Assembly: GCA_038153405.1 (NCBI GenBank)
Contig: JAYOYH010000008.1
Location: 38,808-102,807 of the forward strand
Direction: 5' to 3'
Length of the DNA: 64,000 nt
DNA from: Gemmatimonadota bacterium
Lineage (GTDB): Bacteria > Latescibacterota > UBA2968 > UBA8231
Below, one piece after another: positions 27,728 through 37,027 of this stretch (positions are counted from its first letter, which is position 1; each line of letters begins with the position of its first letter). Both the position numbers and the translations under genes were made by a program. A model generated the notes under the pieces. The model saw only the letters and a list, made by a program, of their open reading frames with translations. It searched no databases and was not told where the DNA came from.

Positions 27728-30130
27728 ATGCGCATCAACTATCAACGACTCGTCCACTACATATACCACCACCACATCGGCATCATTGCGTTGGCGCTGT
27801 TGGTTTCCCTGTTCTCCGGCTTCTTTGCTGCCAAGCTATCCAAGAATATCAAGACCGATTTTGCCGACCTGCTGCCCGACAACTACGTCAGCGTGCACGA
27901 GCTCAACCGCATCAAAGCGCGCGTGGGCGGCATCGGACCGCTGATGATCATCATAACCAGCGATGATCTGGACAAGGCCGTCGAATTTATGTCCGTCTTG
28001 GCCGACTCGCTGGAGGACAGCCCGTATATCAGCTCGCTCAGCACGCGCGATAGCCGCAAGGAAATGCTGAGGAAAAACCGCCTGCTCTACATGGACGTGC
28101 AGGATATCGAAACAATCTACAGCCGCTTGGACGACCATATCGAGCTGGAGAAACTCAAGCAGTCCCCCCTCTACTTTGCCCTCGACGACGAGGAAGAAGA
28201 CGACCTCGACTTCTCCGATATAGAGGAGAAATACAGAAAAAAGGTCGCAGCGAAGTCGGATATAGCCGCGCGCTACGACTCCTATATCCTCACCGAAGAA
28301 GAAAACGGCGTTATCCTGCGCCTCTACCCATCGGGCGTCATAACCGACGTCCAGTTTTCACAGGCCCTGCTCGAGAGCCTTGACCGCACGATCAAGACCA
28401 TCGATCCCAAGCGTTTCCATCCAAGCATCGAGTATGTCTACAAGGGCAGTTTTAAAAATAGCGCCAGTCAGATAAAGATCATTATGGAGGACCTCAAGTC
28501 GACTGCTGCCTACAGCATTATCGGCGTGCTCCTTCTGATCTCGATTTACTTTCGCCAGGTCCTCGCCTCCTTGTTCATCGCCCTGCCGCTGCTAATGAGT
28601 CTGGCCTGGACGTTTGGCGTAACCTATCTGTTTATCGGCAGCCTCAACATGATCACCGTCGGTCTCTTCGCCATTCTATTCGGACTGGGCATCGATTTTG
28701 GCATTCACATCTTTGCCCGTTATAGAGAGGCGCGACGGCGCGGCACCAACGTGGAGGAAGCGCTGACCGAGACCGTCGTCAATACCGGCAGCGCCCTGAC
28801 GACGACAGCTGTCACCACTTCCGTGGCCTTTTACTCGCTGCTGATAACCGATTTCAAGGGCTTCTCCGAATTCGGCTTTATCGTGGGCACTGGCATCCTC
28901 TTCTCGCTAGTGGCGATGATCATTATTTGCCCAGCCTTTATCGTGGTTGGCGAACGCCTGCACATCGTGCGCCTAGCGCGTCAAGACGTGCCGCGCCACC
29001 TGCTGCGCCGCGGCCACTATCCCGCCCCGATCATCACGCTGCTCCTCGGCGTTATCGCCTCGCTGTACTCGCTGTACCACACCGACTACATTGAGTTTGA
29101 GTACGATTTTAGCAAGCTCAAGCCGGCAGCCGAAGCCAACGAAGGCCGAGTCAGCTTACCCGAATCGCTCAAAGAGGGCCGCTCGCCGGCCATCGTGTTA
29201 ACGGAGAGCTACGACGATGCCATGGAGGTGGTCAATACCGTCAAACAAATCCGCGCTAGCCACGGCGATTCATCGACGATTAACTCCGTCAAAAGCGTCT
29301 ACTCAGTGCTGCCGCGCAGGCAGGACGAAAAGCTCGAGATCATCGCCAATATTCGCGCGCTACTCGACGATAATGAAGGTCTGTTCAGCGAAGAGCAGCG
29401 CGTCAGGGTCGATTCGCTGCGACCCTATGTAGACGTGACCAAACTCACGCTCTACGACCTACCGGAAGACCTTACCAACGAATTCAAGAGCAAGAACGGC
29501 GAGATCCTCAGCTTCGTGGCCATCAACGCCTCTGTCCAGCTCAAAGACGGACGCAATGCCATTCGCTTTGCCGACGAAATTCACACGATTACAACGCCGT
29601 CCAACAAAACCTATTACGCCTCCAGTTCGCATGTCATCATCGCCGAGATGCTGCGCGTCATGCTCGACGACAGCTCGCTGGCCGTCATGCTCACCCTGTC
29701 TGTCGTCGCGCTGGTATTGCTCATCGACCTTCGCTCTGTCGTCGATACCCTGCTGGTCCTAACGCCCTTAGTGACTGCGCTCATTTGGGTCATGGGCTTT
29801 ATGTACATCTTTGATATCAAGCTCAACCTCTACAACATGGTTGCCTTCCCGACGATCATTGGCATGGGTATCGATAACGGCGTTCATATTTTTCATCGCT
29901 ATCGCGAAGCCGGCAGGGGATCGCTGCGCCTAGTCCTGCGCACGACCGGCGTGGCCCTGCTGGCAACCTCGATGACGACCATGGTGGGCTTTTCCGGGCT
30001 AGTTCCCGCTCACCACCCGGCGCTGACCTCTATCGGCGTGCTATCGCTAATCGGCTTGGGCTGCTGCCTGCTGACGTCCGTCACGCTGCTGCCCGCCCTC
30101 CTGCAGCTGCGCGAACGCCGGCAGGGCTGA
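27728..30130 (+). CDS. MMPL/RND-superfamily lipid exporter (HpnN-like)
   Basis: Two repeats of 1 TM + periplasmic domain + 5 TM. GLGIDFGIH and GMGIDNGVH proton-relay motifs. Confidence 0.92.
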   Translation: MRINYQRLVHYIYHHHIGIIALALLVSLFSGFFAAKLSKNIKTDFADLLPDNYVSVHELNRIKARVGGIGPLMIIITSDDLDKAVEFMSVLADSLEDSPYISSLSTRDSRKEMLRKNRLLYMDVQDIETIYSRLDDHIELEKLKQSPLYFALDDEEEDDLDFSDIEEKYRKKVAAKSDIAARYDSYILTEEENGVILRLYPSGVITDVQFSQALLESLDRTIKTIDPKRFHPSIEYVYKGSFKNSASQIKIIMEDLKSTAAYSIIGVLLLISIYFRQVLASLFIALPLLMSLAWTFGVTYLFIGSLNMITVGLFAILFGLGIDFGIHIFARYREARRRGTNVEEALTETVVNTGSALTTTAVTTSVAFYSLLITDFKGFSEFGFIVGTGILFSLVAMIIICPAFIVVGERLHIVRLARQDVPRHLLRRGHYPAPIITLLLGVIASLYSLYHTDYIEFEYDFSKLKPAAEANEGRVSLPESLKEGRSPAIVLTESYDDAMEVVNTVKQIRASHGDSSTINSVKSVYSVLPRRQDEKLEIIANIRALLDDNEGLFSEEQRVRVDSLRPYVDVTKLTLYDLPEDLTNEFKSKNGEILSFVAINASVQLKDGRNAIRFADEIHTITTPSNKTYYASSSHVIIAEMLRVMLDDSSLAVMLTLSVVALVLLIDLRSVVDTLLVLTPLVTALIWVMGFMYIFDIKLNLYNMVAFPTIIGMGIDNGVHIFHRYREAGRGSLRLVLRTTGVALLATSMTTMVGFSGLVPAHHPALTSIGVLSLIGLGCCLLTSVTLLPALLQLRERRQG

Positions 30131-30149
30131 TCTCGGCCGGCGCGCGCAT

Positions 30150-30187
30150 AAAAAACAAAAGGCTCACCTATTAGCAGGTAAGCCTTT
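30150..30187 (-). terminator. Hairpin terminator between the convergent MMPL gene and tRNA
   Basis: AAAGGCTCACCT (30158-30169) / AGGTAAGCCTTT (30176-30187) inverted repeat with a T-rich tail on the minus strand. A second GC hairpin lies at 30218-30253. Confidence 0.6.
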
Positions 30188-30258
30188 ACACTCAACGAGT
30201 TTTAGATATATTCACAACAACGCGCCGCCGGAAAGCAATCCGACGGCGCGTTGAAAAA

Positions 30259-30334
30259 TGGAGCGAGAGACGAGACTCGAACTCGCGACAACCACGTTGG
30301 CAACGTGGGGCTCTACCAACTGAGCTACTCTCGC
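30259..30334 (-). tRNA. tRNA-Gly (anticodon GCC)
   Basis: 76 nt: GCGAGAG acceptor, D-arm AGCTCAGTTGGTAGAGC, anticodon arm CCACG-TTGCCAA-CGTGG, T-loop GTTCGA, encoded CCA. Confidence 0.98.
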
Positions 30335-30361
30335 CTGCGAAATCAAATTTATAAGGAGCAA

Positions 30362-30390
30362 AATATAAGCATGGCCCAAAGAGTCGTCAA
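30362..30390 (-). promoter_or_regulatory. Sigma70-type promoter of tRNA-Gly
   Basis: TTGACG-N17-TATATT, 27 nt upstream of the tRNA 5' end. Confidence 0.7.
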
Positions 30391-33300
30391 GGCGCCGTAC
30401 GCCCTTTTTTATATCCTAGCCCTCTTTGCACTGGGCGCCTGTGCCCCCGCTCAACAAACGGCCGATGGGCCCGATAAACACCCACCTTCGCGCGCGCGCT
30501 GGCACAACAATCAGGGCGTTGTTTACATGGATCAGCACAACTACACGCGCGGCCGCAGCGAGTTTGAGCGGGCGATCTCCATAGCGTCTGACTATGCAGT
30601 AGCCCACGCCAATTTGGGCATCTCACTCTACAGTTTGGGCAAGTACGATAGCGCTGCCACTGCGCTGCAGACAGCACTGCGCCACGACGACAACTTGCTG
30701 CAAGCGCACTACACGCTGGGACTAATCTACAACGCCCAGGGCAAAGAGCACGACAACGCCCTGCAGTCGCTCAGCGCGGTGGCTTCGGCCGACCCGGATG
30801 ATCCCCACGTGCGCTACTACCTGGGTCAAGTGCGCGCCAAGCTGAGCCAGAATGAAGCGGCCATTGCCGATTTCCTAGAGGCCATACGCCTCGACCCCTA
30901 CAACGTCTCTGCCTACTACGGCATGGCCAACGCCCACCGCCGCTTGGGCAACGAAAAGGACTGGCGCGCCGCGCTGGAAAAATTCAACGAATTGAGCCAG
31001 GCTGGTCACCAAGGCGTGAGTTCCTCATACCAGGGCCAAGGACGCTATGCAGAAGTCGTCAGCGATGGCAGTGGCGCCGATCGGAGTGCAGATGATCGCA
31101 GCGGCCCCTTTGCCTTTGCCGACCCGCAACGCATTGCCCCCACACCACCGCTCTACGCGACGCTGATCGACAGCGACGGCGACGGCGATGCGGACGTGCT
31201 AAGCGGCGCGCCGCTGGCTCTCTACGGGCGCGGCACCGATGCCATTGAGCTGAGCGCCCCTGCCGTGCCGGCGTCCTTCGCACTGGCGGCAGACCTCGAC
31301 AACGACGAGCGCCAGGAAGTGGTTTTATGCGGCGCGACAACCGCGCTGCTGCACGGCCCAACGCCCTCGCAGTGGAAGACGACGGCTACTCTTCCCGCCG
31401 CTCAGAGCGCCGTCGCGGCAGATGTCGATCACGACGGCGACCTCGATCTGCTGCTAATGGGCGAACGGCATCACCTGATGACCAACGACGGTCAGGCCTC
31501 GTTTAGCGACGCGACCGACGCAGCCGCACTCGGCGGTCAACCCCCTATCCAATGGGCCATTTTTAGCGATTTTGACGACGACCGCGACATAGACTTCTAC
31601 GCCATCTCGAGTGAAGGCCTACACCTCTACAGCAACAACCGCGACGGCACCTTTAGCGACGTAGCTACCGCGCTGGGCCTCACCGTGTCGGCGGCCCGCG
31701 CCATAGCGGTCGAGGACGTCGATCAAGACGGCTATATGGACCTGCTCGTTGCGGCAGATGACGGCGCAGTAACGCTCTGGCACAACGACGGCGGGACGCG
31801 CTTCACCCGCGGGCACTCCATCGATGGAACGGGGGCGGTGGCGCTGCTGAGCGCCGATGCCGACAACGACGGCGACATGGACTTCTGGGCGCTGGGCAAC
31901 AGCGGCGCTACTCTGCTCGCTTGGCACGATGGCGCCCTGCGCGAAACCGAGCGCGTCCTTGAGGGGCAAAAGGCATATCCGGCTCTTGCAGCAGACTTCG
32001 ACCGCGATGGACGGACGGACCTATGGAGCGCAGGGGCGCTCATAACAAACCAAACGCAGGGAGGGCGCTGGGTTCGCATAGCCCTGCAAGGGCTCAACAG
32101 CAACCGCGCCGGCATTGGCACAAAGGTGGAAATCAAAACCGAAAACCGCATGCAGAAACGCGAGGTGCGCGGCAATGGTGACGCCGAGAGCGAGCTGCTG
32201 TTTGGCCTGGCCGACAACGACTCGCTGGAATTCGTGCGCATCCTCTGGCCCGGCGGGGTGCGCCAAACGGAACTGGCCACTGGAGCCGGCCAGCGCCTGG
32301 CCCTTAAAGAGCTCGATCGCAAGGGCACGTCCTGCCCGATACTCTACGCTTGGGACGGCGAGCGCTACCAATTCGTCACCGATATTCTCGGCGGCGGCAT
32401 CATCGGCTACTTTATCGCGCCGGGCCAGTACTACTATCCCGACAGCGACGAGTACGTTCCGCTCGGCGCCATCGAAGTGCGAAACGGACACTACTCGCTC
32501 AAGTTGACCAACCAACTCGAGGAAATCATCTACATAGACGCGCTTGAACTGGTCGCCGTAGACCATGCCCCCGACGTCGCGGTCTATCCAAACGAACGCC
32601 TGCTATCAGCCCCTCCCTACCCGGAATTTGCGCTCTATCCGCTCGCCGACCTGCACCCGCCGCGCGATGCTGTAGACCATCGGGGCCGCCGCGTTCTGTC
32701 CGACTTAGAAGCAATTGACGACGTCTGGTACGACGACTTTGGCCTGACGGATATACACGGCTACGCCCAAGAGTACAGCCTCACGCTGGACTTAGGCGAT
32801 CTGAGCGACGTCGAACACCCCGCCCTGCTCGCCTACGGCTGGGTTGACTACGCGCATTCCAGTTCAAATTGGGCGGCGGCCCAGCGCGATTTGTCCCTAT
32901 CGCCGCCGCGTATTGAAGCGGCCGACGGACGCGGTGGTTGGCGCCTTCTAAGCAGCGATATGGGCACTCCAGCCGGCCTGCCCAAGCACATGCTTTTTGA
33001 CCTGCGCGATGCCTTCACAAGCGATGATTATCGCGTGCGGATCACGACAAATGCAGCGATTTACTGGGATCAGTTTTTGGTAGGATCCGCGCAAGACAGC
33101 CCACTGCGCGTGCAGCGCATGCAGCCGACGGCGGCCGATTTGAGCTGGCGCGGCTATCCAGCTCACACGTCGATCCACGGCACATTTGCCTTTCGCTACG
33201 ACTACGACCAACTCCATCTAGAAGCGCCCTGGGGCACGCACGGCGGAGCCTACACGCGCCTTGGTCCGGTCGGCGAACTGGTCGATGCGATCGATGATCG

Positions 33301-33583
33301 CTTTGTCATTATGTTCCACGGAGACGAGCTGAGCTTCGAGTTTTCCGCCGACCACTTGGCACCGCCCGCCCCCGGCATGCAGCGCAGCTTTCTGCTCTAT
33401 GCCAACGGCTTTGGTAAGGACATGGACTTCCACTCCGCCCATTCGCAGACGGTGGAACCCCTACCCTTCCACGGCATGTCATCCTATCCCTATCCGGCAG
33501 AGGAGCGCTATCCGCAGAGCGAGGCCCATTTGGACTATGTCGAAGAATACAATACGCGCCGCGTGCGCGGTTATTACCGCTAG
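30371..33583 (+). CDS. Large lipoprotein: TPR repeats + FG-GAP/VCBS propeller + ASPIC/UnbV domain + C-terminal extension
   Basis: Lipobox LGAC, TPRs, repeated DxDxDGDxD motifs, SNRAGIGTKVEI...LLFGL...RILWPGG, SCPILYAWDG. ATG 30371 is the only in-frame start before the lipobox that lies outside the tRNA. Confidence 0.88.
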   Translation: MAQRVVKAPYALFYILALFALGACAPAQQTADGPDKHPPSRARWHNNQGVVYMDQHNYTRGRSEFERAISIASDYAVAHANLGISLYSLGKYDSAATALQTALRHDDNLLQAHYTLGLIYNAQGKEHDNALQSLSAVASADPDDPHVRYYLGQVRAKLSQNEAAIADFLEAIRLDPYNVSAYYGMANAHRRLGNEKDWRAALEKFNELSQAGHQGVSSSYQGQGRYAEVVSDGSGADRSADDRSGPFAFADPQRIAPTPPLYATLIDSDGDGDADVLSGAPLALYGRGTDAIELSAPAVPASFALAADLDNDERQEVVLCGATTALLHGPTPSQWKTTATLPAAQSAVAADVDHDGDLDLLLMGERHHLMTNDGQASFSDATDAAALGGQPPIQWAIFSDFDDDRDIDFYAISSEGLHLYSNNRDGTFSDVATALGLTVSAARAIAVEDVDQDGYMDLLVAADDGAVTLWHNDGGTRFTRGHSIDGTGAVALLSADADNDGDMDFWALGNSGATLLAWHDGALRETERVLEGQKAYPALAADFDRDGRTDLWSAGALITNQTQGGRWVRIALQGLNSNRAGIGTKVEIKTENRMQKREVRGNGDAESELLFGLADNDSLEFVRILWPGGVRQTELATGAGQRLALKELDRKGTSCPILYAWDGERYQFVTDILGGGIIGYFIAPGQYYYPDSDEYVPLGAIEVRNGHYSLKLTNQLEEIIYIDALELVAVDHAPDVAVYPNERLLSAPPYPEFALYPLADLHPPRDAVDHRGRRVLSDLEAIDDVWYDDFGLTDIHGYAQEYSLTLDLGDLSDVEHPALLAYGWVDYAHSSSNWAAAQRDLSLSPPRIEAADGRGGWRLLSSDMGTPAGLPKHMLFDLRDAFTSDDYRVRITTNAAIYWDQFLVGSAQDSPLRVQRMQPTAADLSWRGYPAHTSIHGTFAFRYDYDQLHLEAPWGTHGGAYTRLGPVGELVDAIDDRFVIMFHGDELSFEFSADHLAPPAPGMQRSFLLYANGFGKDMDFHSAHSQTVEPLPFHGMSSYPYPAEERYPQSEAHLDYVEEYNTRRVRGYYR

Positions 33584-33592
33584 TCCTGCACC

Positions 33593-34528
33593 CTATGAAA
33601 TGACATCCATGGCGCAGCGGAATCCTATGTACTCCTGGTAGACCTTGGGGTTAGCCGAGTGGCGTGCCGCGGCGCGAATATCGACGCGATTGGTGTGATA
33701 CCCACCCCCGCGATACACCTTTATGCTGCCCTCCGGTGGCCCCTGCGGATTCGACTCGGGGCTGCGCGCATAGTACTTTTCCTCAAACCAGTCGGCGACC
33801 CATTCGCCGACGTTGCCGCACATGTCCCACAGGCCAAATTCGCTCACGCCCTTGGGATATTTTTCAACCGAGGTCGTCTTGCCCTCCGCATTGGCGTAGT
33901 TGGCAAATTCGGGCGTGCACTGCTTGCCCCAGGGATACTCGCGCTGCTCCGTTCCGCGCGCCGCCCATTCCCATTCGGCTTCTGTAGGCAGGCGCTTACC
34001 GACCCACTCCACGTAGGCGCAGGCATCTTCCCACGAAACATTTACCACCGGATGATCCGCTCTCCCACTGGGAAATGTGCCGTTTTGCCAGTGGACCGGC
34101 GTGCGGTGTCCCACCACGTCGACAAAGTCCTTATACTGCATGTTAGTCACTTCGTAGCGATCTAAATAGAACGATTTTAGCTGCACTCTGTGCTCCGGAT
34201 TTTCTTCCAGATTGCCCGTCGAATTGCTGCCCATGCGCAGCGTGCCACCTGGCACGAGAACCATTTCGCGCTGGTTAATTTTTTCCTGCAGTTCGAGCCG
34301 CTCGTCTTCCATACTAATAATGCCTTCGCGCAGCCCCTCTATTTGTCTGAGTATATCGGCTCGACTTGATTCGGCCTCCGTTATCTTATCGTTGAATTCG
34401 CGCTTGCGACTAGCCACCTGCTCAACGCCGGGCATCACCCGCATCAGTTTTTTGCGGTAGTCTATGAAAATGTGTACCCAGAGCAGAGCACATAGGGCAA
34501 TACCTAGTCCATAAGTCCAATCTTCCAT
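33593..34528 (-). CDS. TM + coiled-coil + FGE-sulfatase (SUMF1-like) domain protein, probably non-catalytic
   Basis: YEVTN, HPVVNVSWEDA, RLPTEAEWEWAARG, DMCGNVGEW, RGGG, IGFRC. The FGE active-site Cys pair after RGG is absent. Confidence 0.9.
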   Translation of the reverse strand: MEDWTYGLGIALCALLWVHIFIDYRKKLMRVMPGVEQVASRKREFNDKITEAESSRADILRQIEGLREGIISMEDERLELQEKINQREMVLVPGGTLRMGSNSTGNLEENPEHRVQLKSFYLDRYEVTNMQYKDFVDVVGHRTPVHWQNGTFPSGRADHPVVNVSWEDACAYVEWVGKRLPTEAEWEWAARGTEQREYPWGKQCTPEFANYANAEGKTTSVEKYPKGVSEFGLWDMCGNVGEWVADWFEEKYYARSPESNPQGPPEGSIKVYRGGGYHTNRVDIRAAARHSANPKVYQEYIGFRCAMDVIS

Positions 34529-34542
34529 AGATCCTCACTTTC

Positions 34543-34571
34543 TTGACATTTATCGGGCCCAATGGGATATT
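34543..34571 (+). promoter_or_regulatory. Sigma70-type promoter of the PBP gene
   Basis: TTGACA-N17-GATATT with a TG extension. Confidence 0.5.
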
Positions 34572-34598
34572 TAACGCCAACCTCGCCCAGTGGGATTC

Positions 34599-36707
34599 AT
34601 GGCAAAACGCATCGCCCTATATATACTATCATTTTTTTTGTTCTATGCACTCTGCCTCGTAGGGGTCTACCTGTCGTTTAACGACAACCTGCCCGATATT
34701 GCAGCCTGGAGTTTCCAACCCAAACGCATCACCAAAGTCTACTCACAGGATGGGCAGCACCTGCAGGATTTCCTCGAAGAAAACCGCGAAATCCTCACCT
34801 ACGAAGAAATCCCCAAGTCCATCTTAGACGCGCTCATTTCAATCGAAGACCAGCGCTTTTTTTCCCATTGGGGCATCGATATTCGCCGCATTTTCGGCGC
34901 CGTCATTGCCAATATTCGCTCCGTGAGCCTGACTGCACAGGGCGCCAGTACCATTACGCAACAGCTGGCGCGCAACGTCTTTGTCGAAGAAGTAGGCAAC
35001 CAGCGCAGCAGCGCATCGGTCGATGCTGTCATCGCCACCTATGCCCGAAAAATCCGCGAGCAAATCACCGCCGTCTACATAGAGCGCCTCTACACAAAAC
35101 AAGAGATACTGACCATGTATCTCAACAAAGTCTACTTTGGCCACGGCGCACATGGCTTAAAAGCAGCGGCTCATTACTACTTCGACAAAGACGTCAGCGA
35201 CCTCGACGTAGAAGAAAGCGCCATGCTGGTCGGCCTGCTCAAGGCACCAAACGGCTACAGTCCCATCCGCCGGCCAGAGCGCGCAATCAAGCGCCGCAAT
35301 CAGGTGCTCTACAGCATGGTTGAAAACGGCAAACTGTCGCGCACGACCTATGAGAAGCTGATTCGCCAGCCCATTGCCACCCGCCTGCGCAGCCGAGCCG
35401 AAACGTACGGCTTGGCCCCCTATTTCGTCGAACACGTTCGCCAGCAGATGCAGCGCGAGTTTGGCTCTGCCATATACAACGAGGGCTTCTCCGTGCAGAC
35501 GACGCTGGACTCGCGCCTGCAGCGCATAGCCGAAATGCACTACGCCAGCGAAGTGCGCCGCGTGCGCGACAACGTCAACAGCTATCTGGCGCGCCAGGAC
35601 TCGTCGGAGGGCCTGCCCGATTCGACCATTGTCCAAGCCGCTTTTGTGGCGATGGATCCGCGCACGGGCCGCATTCTCGCCATGATCGGCGGACGCGATT
35701 TCAGCGAGAGCAAATTCAATCGCGCGACGCAGGCCAAGCGCCAGCCCGGCTCCTCGTTCAAGCCCTTTGTCTACACGGCGGCGATAGACAACAATCGCTT
35801 CACCATTGACATTCTCGACGACAACGCCATTACGCTGCTCGACGAGACGACCGGCGAATTTTGGGACCCGGAAAACTACGACAAAAAGTTTAAAGGGCCC
35901 ATGACGCTGCGCGAAGGCTTTAAACAGTCGCGCAATTTAATCGCTCTTAAACTAGCCGACGAGATTGGTCCCTCCCTCATCCGGCGCTACGCGCGCAATA
36001 TGGGCATATCGACCTCCATCCGCGCCATCCCCTCTATTGGCATCGGCACCAGCGAGGTCAATTTATTGGATATGGTTGCCGCCTACTGCGTCTTTCCCAA
36101 CAAGGGCATCTACGTCGAACCCTTTTCTATTGCGCAGGTTGACGATAAAGATGGCAATGCAGTCTACAGCGTAGAAGGCGGCGCCAAACGCGAAGTGTTG
36201 CGCCCAGCAGTGGCCGTCATTATGACCGACATGATGCGCTCCGTCATAGACGAAGTGGGCGGCACCGGTCACGCCATTCGCACGCGCTTCCGCTTTCGAC
36301 CCGCAGCCGGCGGCAAGACCGGCACGACCAACGACTACACCGACGCTTGGTTTATCGGCTTTACCCCGCACCTAGTCGCCGGCGTTTGGGTGGGCATTGA
36401 CGATCCGAGCCTGCGCCTGTGGCCACGGCAGGCTGGCGCCGCCGCGGCCCTGCCGCTGTGGGCGCTGTTTATGAAGGACGTATACGCGCAGGTCGAACCG
36501 TATAAAGGTCTTGCTGGAGATGAATTTGACTATGCGGATGGGCTGGTAACGCGCCTGCCCATTTGCAACGATACGCACAAATTGGCGACGCGCTTCTGCC
36601 CCGACCAGAGCGAGGATATTTTTATAGCGGATGAGGCGCCGCCGGCATCGTGCCCGCTGCACGGCGGCAACTCGACGCCGGCGCAGTCGCGCGTGCAGCG
36701 CTTTTAG
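34599..36707 (+). CDS. Class A penicillin-binding protein (PBP1A family)
   Basis: Transglycosylase EDQRFFSHWG, GASTITQQLARN, RKIRE. Transpeptidase SSFK, SRN and KTG motifs. Confidence 0.96.
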   Translation: MAKRIALYILSFFLFYALCLVGVYLSFNDNLPDIAAWSFQPKRITKVYSQDGQHLQDFLEENREILTYEEIPKSILDALISIEDQRFFSHWGIDIRRIFGAVIANIRSVSLTAQGASTITQQLARNVFVEEVGNQRSSASVDAVIATYARKIREQITAVYIERLYTKQEILTMYLNKVYFGHGAHGLKAAAHYYFDKDVSDLDVEESAMLVGLLKAPNGYSPIRRPERAIKRRNQVLYSMVENGKLSRTTYEKLIRQPIATRLRSRAETYGLAPYFVEHVRQQMQREFGSAIYNEGFSVQTTLDSRLQRIAEMHYASEVRRVRDNVNSYLARQDSSEGLPDSTIVQAAFVAMDPRTGRILAMIGGRDFSESKFNRATQAKRQPGSSFKPFVYTAAIDNNRFTIDILDDNAITLLDETTGEFWDPENYDKKFKGPMTLREGFKQSRNLIALKLADEIGPSLIRRYARNMGISTSIRAIPSIGIGTSEVNLLDMVAAYCVFPNKGIYVEPFSIAQVDDKDGNAVYSVEGGAKREVLRPAVAVIMTDMMRSVIDEVGGTGHAIRTRFRFRPAAGGKTGTTNDYTDAWFIGFTPHLVAGVWVGIDDPSLRLWPRQAGAAAALPLWALFMKDVYAQVEPYKGLAGDEFDYADGLVTRLPICNDTHKLATRFCPDQSEDIFIADEAPPASCPLHGGNSTPAQSRVQRF

Positions 36708-37012
36708 TCTTCCAGCTTAAACTTGGTCGGCTTGCGGCGCCGCTCGCGGGCGCGAAATTGCTCGACTTTTTTCTGCACCTCGCCGAGCTCTTTCTCCATT
36801 TCGGCGATTTCCTTCTGCAAATTTTCAACCTCTTGCTTGGTCGAATTGGCAGTCGATTGCTCGCTCTCTATGCGCATTTCGCACTCGCGAATTTCCTGCC
36901 GGGCCAACTCGGCCCGCGGCTTTAGCCCAGAAGAAGCATTCAGGTAGTCGATGATAATCCAGACCAGAAAACCAGCGGCACCGACGGAAATTGCAATGTA
37001 TACCCAGGCCAT
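36704..37012 (-). CDS. Small membrane-anchored coiled-coil protein
   Basis: N-terminal TM, then heptad-rich E/K/Q sequence. SD AAAGGGG. Confidence 0.8.
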   Translation of the reverse strand: MAWVYIAISVGAAGFLVWIIIDYLNASSGLKPRAELARQEIRECEMRIESEQSTANSTKQEVENLQKEIAEMEKELGEVQKKVEQFRARERRRKPTKFKLED

Positions 37013-37027
37013 GGCGGCCCCCTTTGA

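Noticed and set aside
27099..30130. Calling the genes hpnM/hpnN (hopanoid transport)
   Set aside because: No squalene-hopene cyclase or other hpn genes are here. The neighbours point to CDP-alcohol chemistry.
30130..30340. Genomic island integrated at tRNA-Gly
   Set aside because: No integrase, and I saw no duplicated tRNA 3' end in the window.
30251..30370. N-terminal extension of the 1110-aa ORF
   Set aside because: It is the antisense of tRNA-Gly. The signal peptide fits a start at 30371.
33593..34528. Formylglycine-generating enzyme or GldK/GldJ gliding protein
   Set aside because: The catalytic Cys pair is absent, there is no lipobox, and no sulfatase or gld/T9SS genes are nearby.
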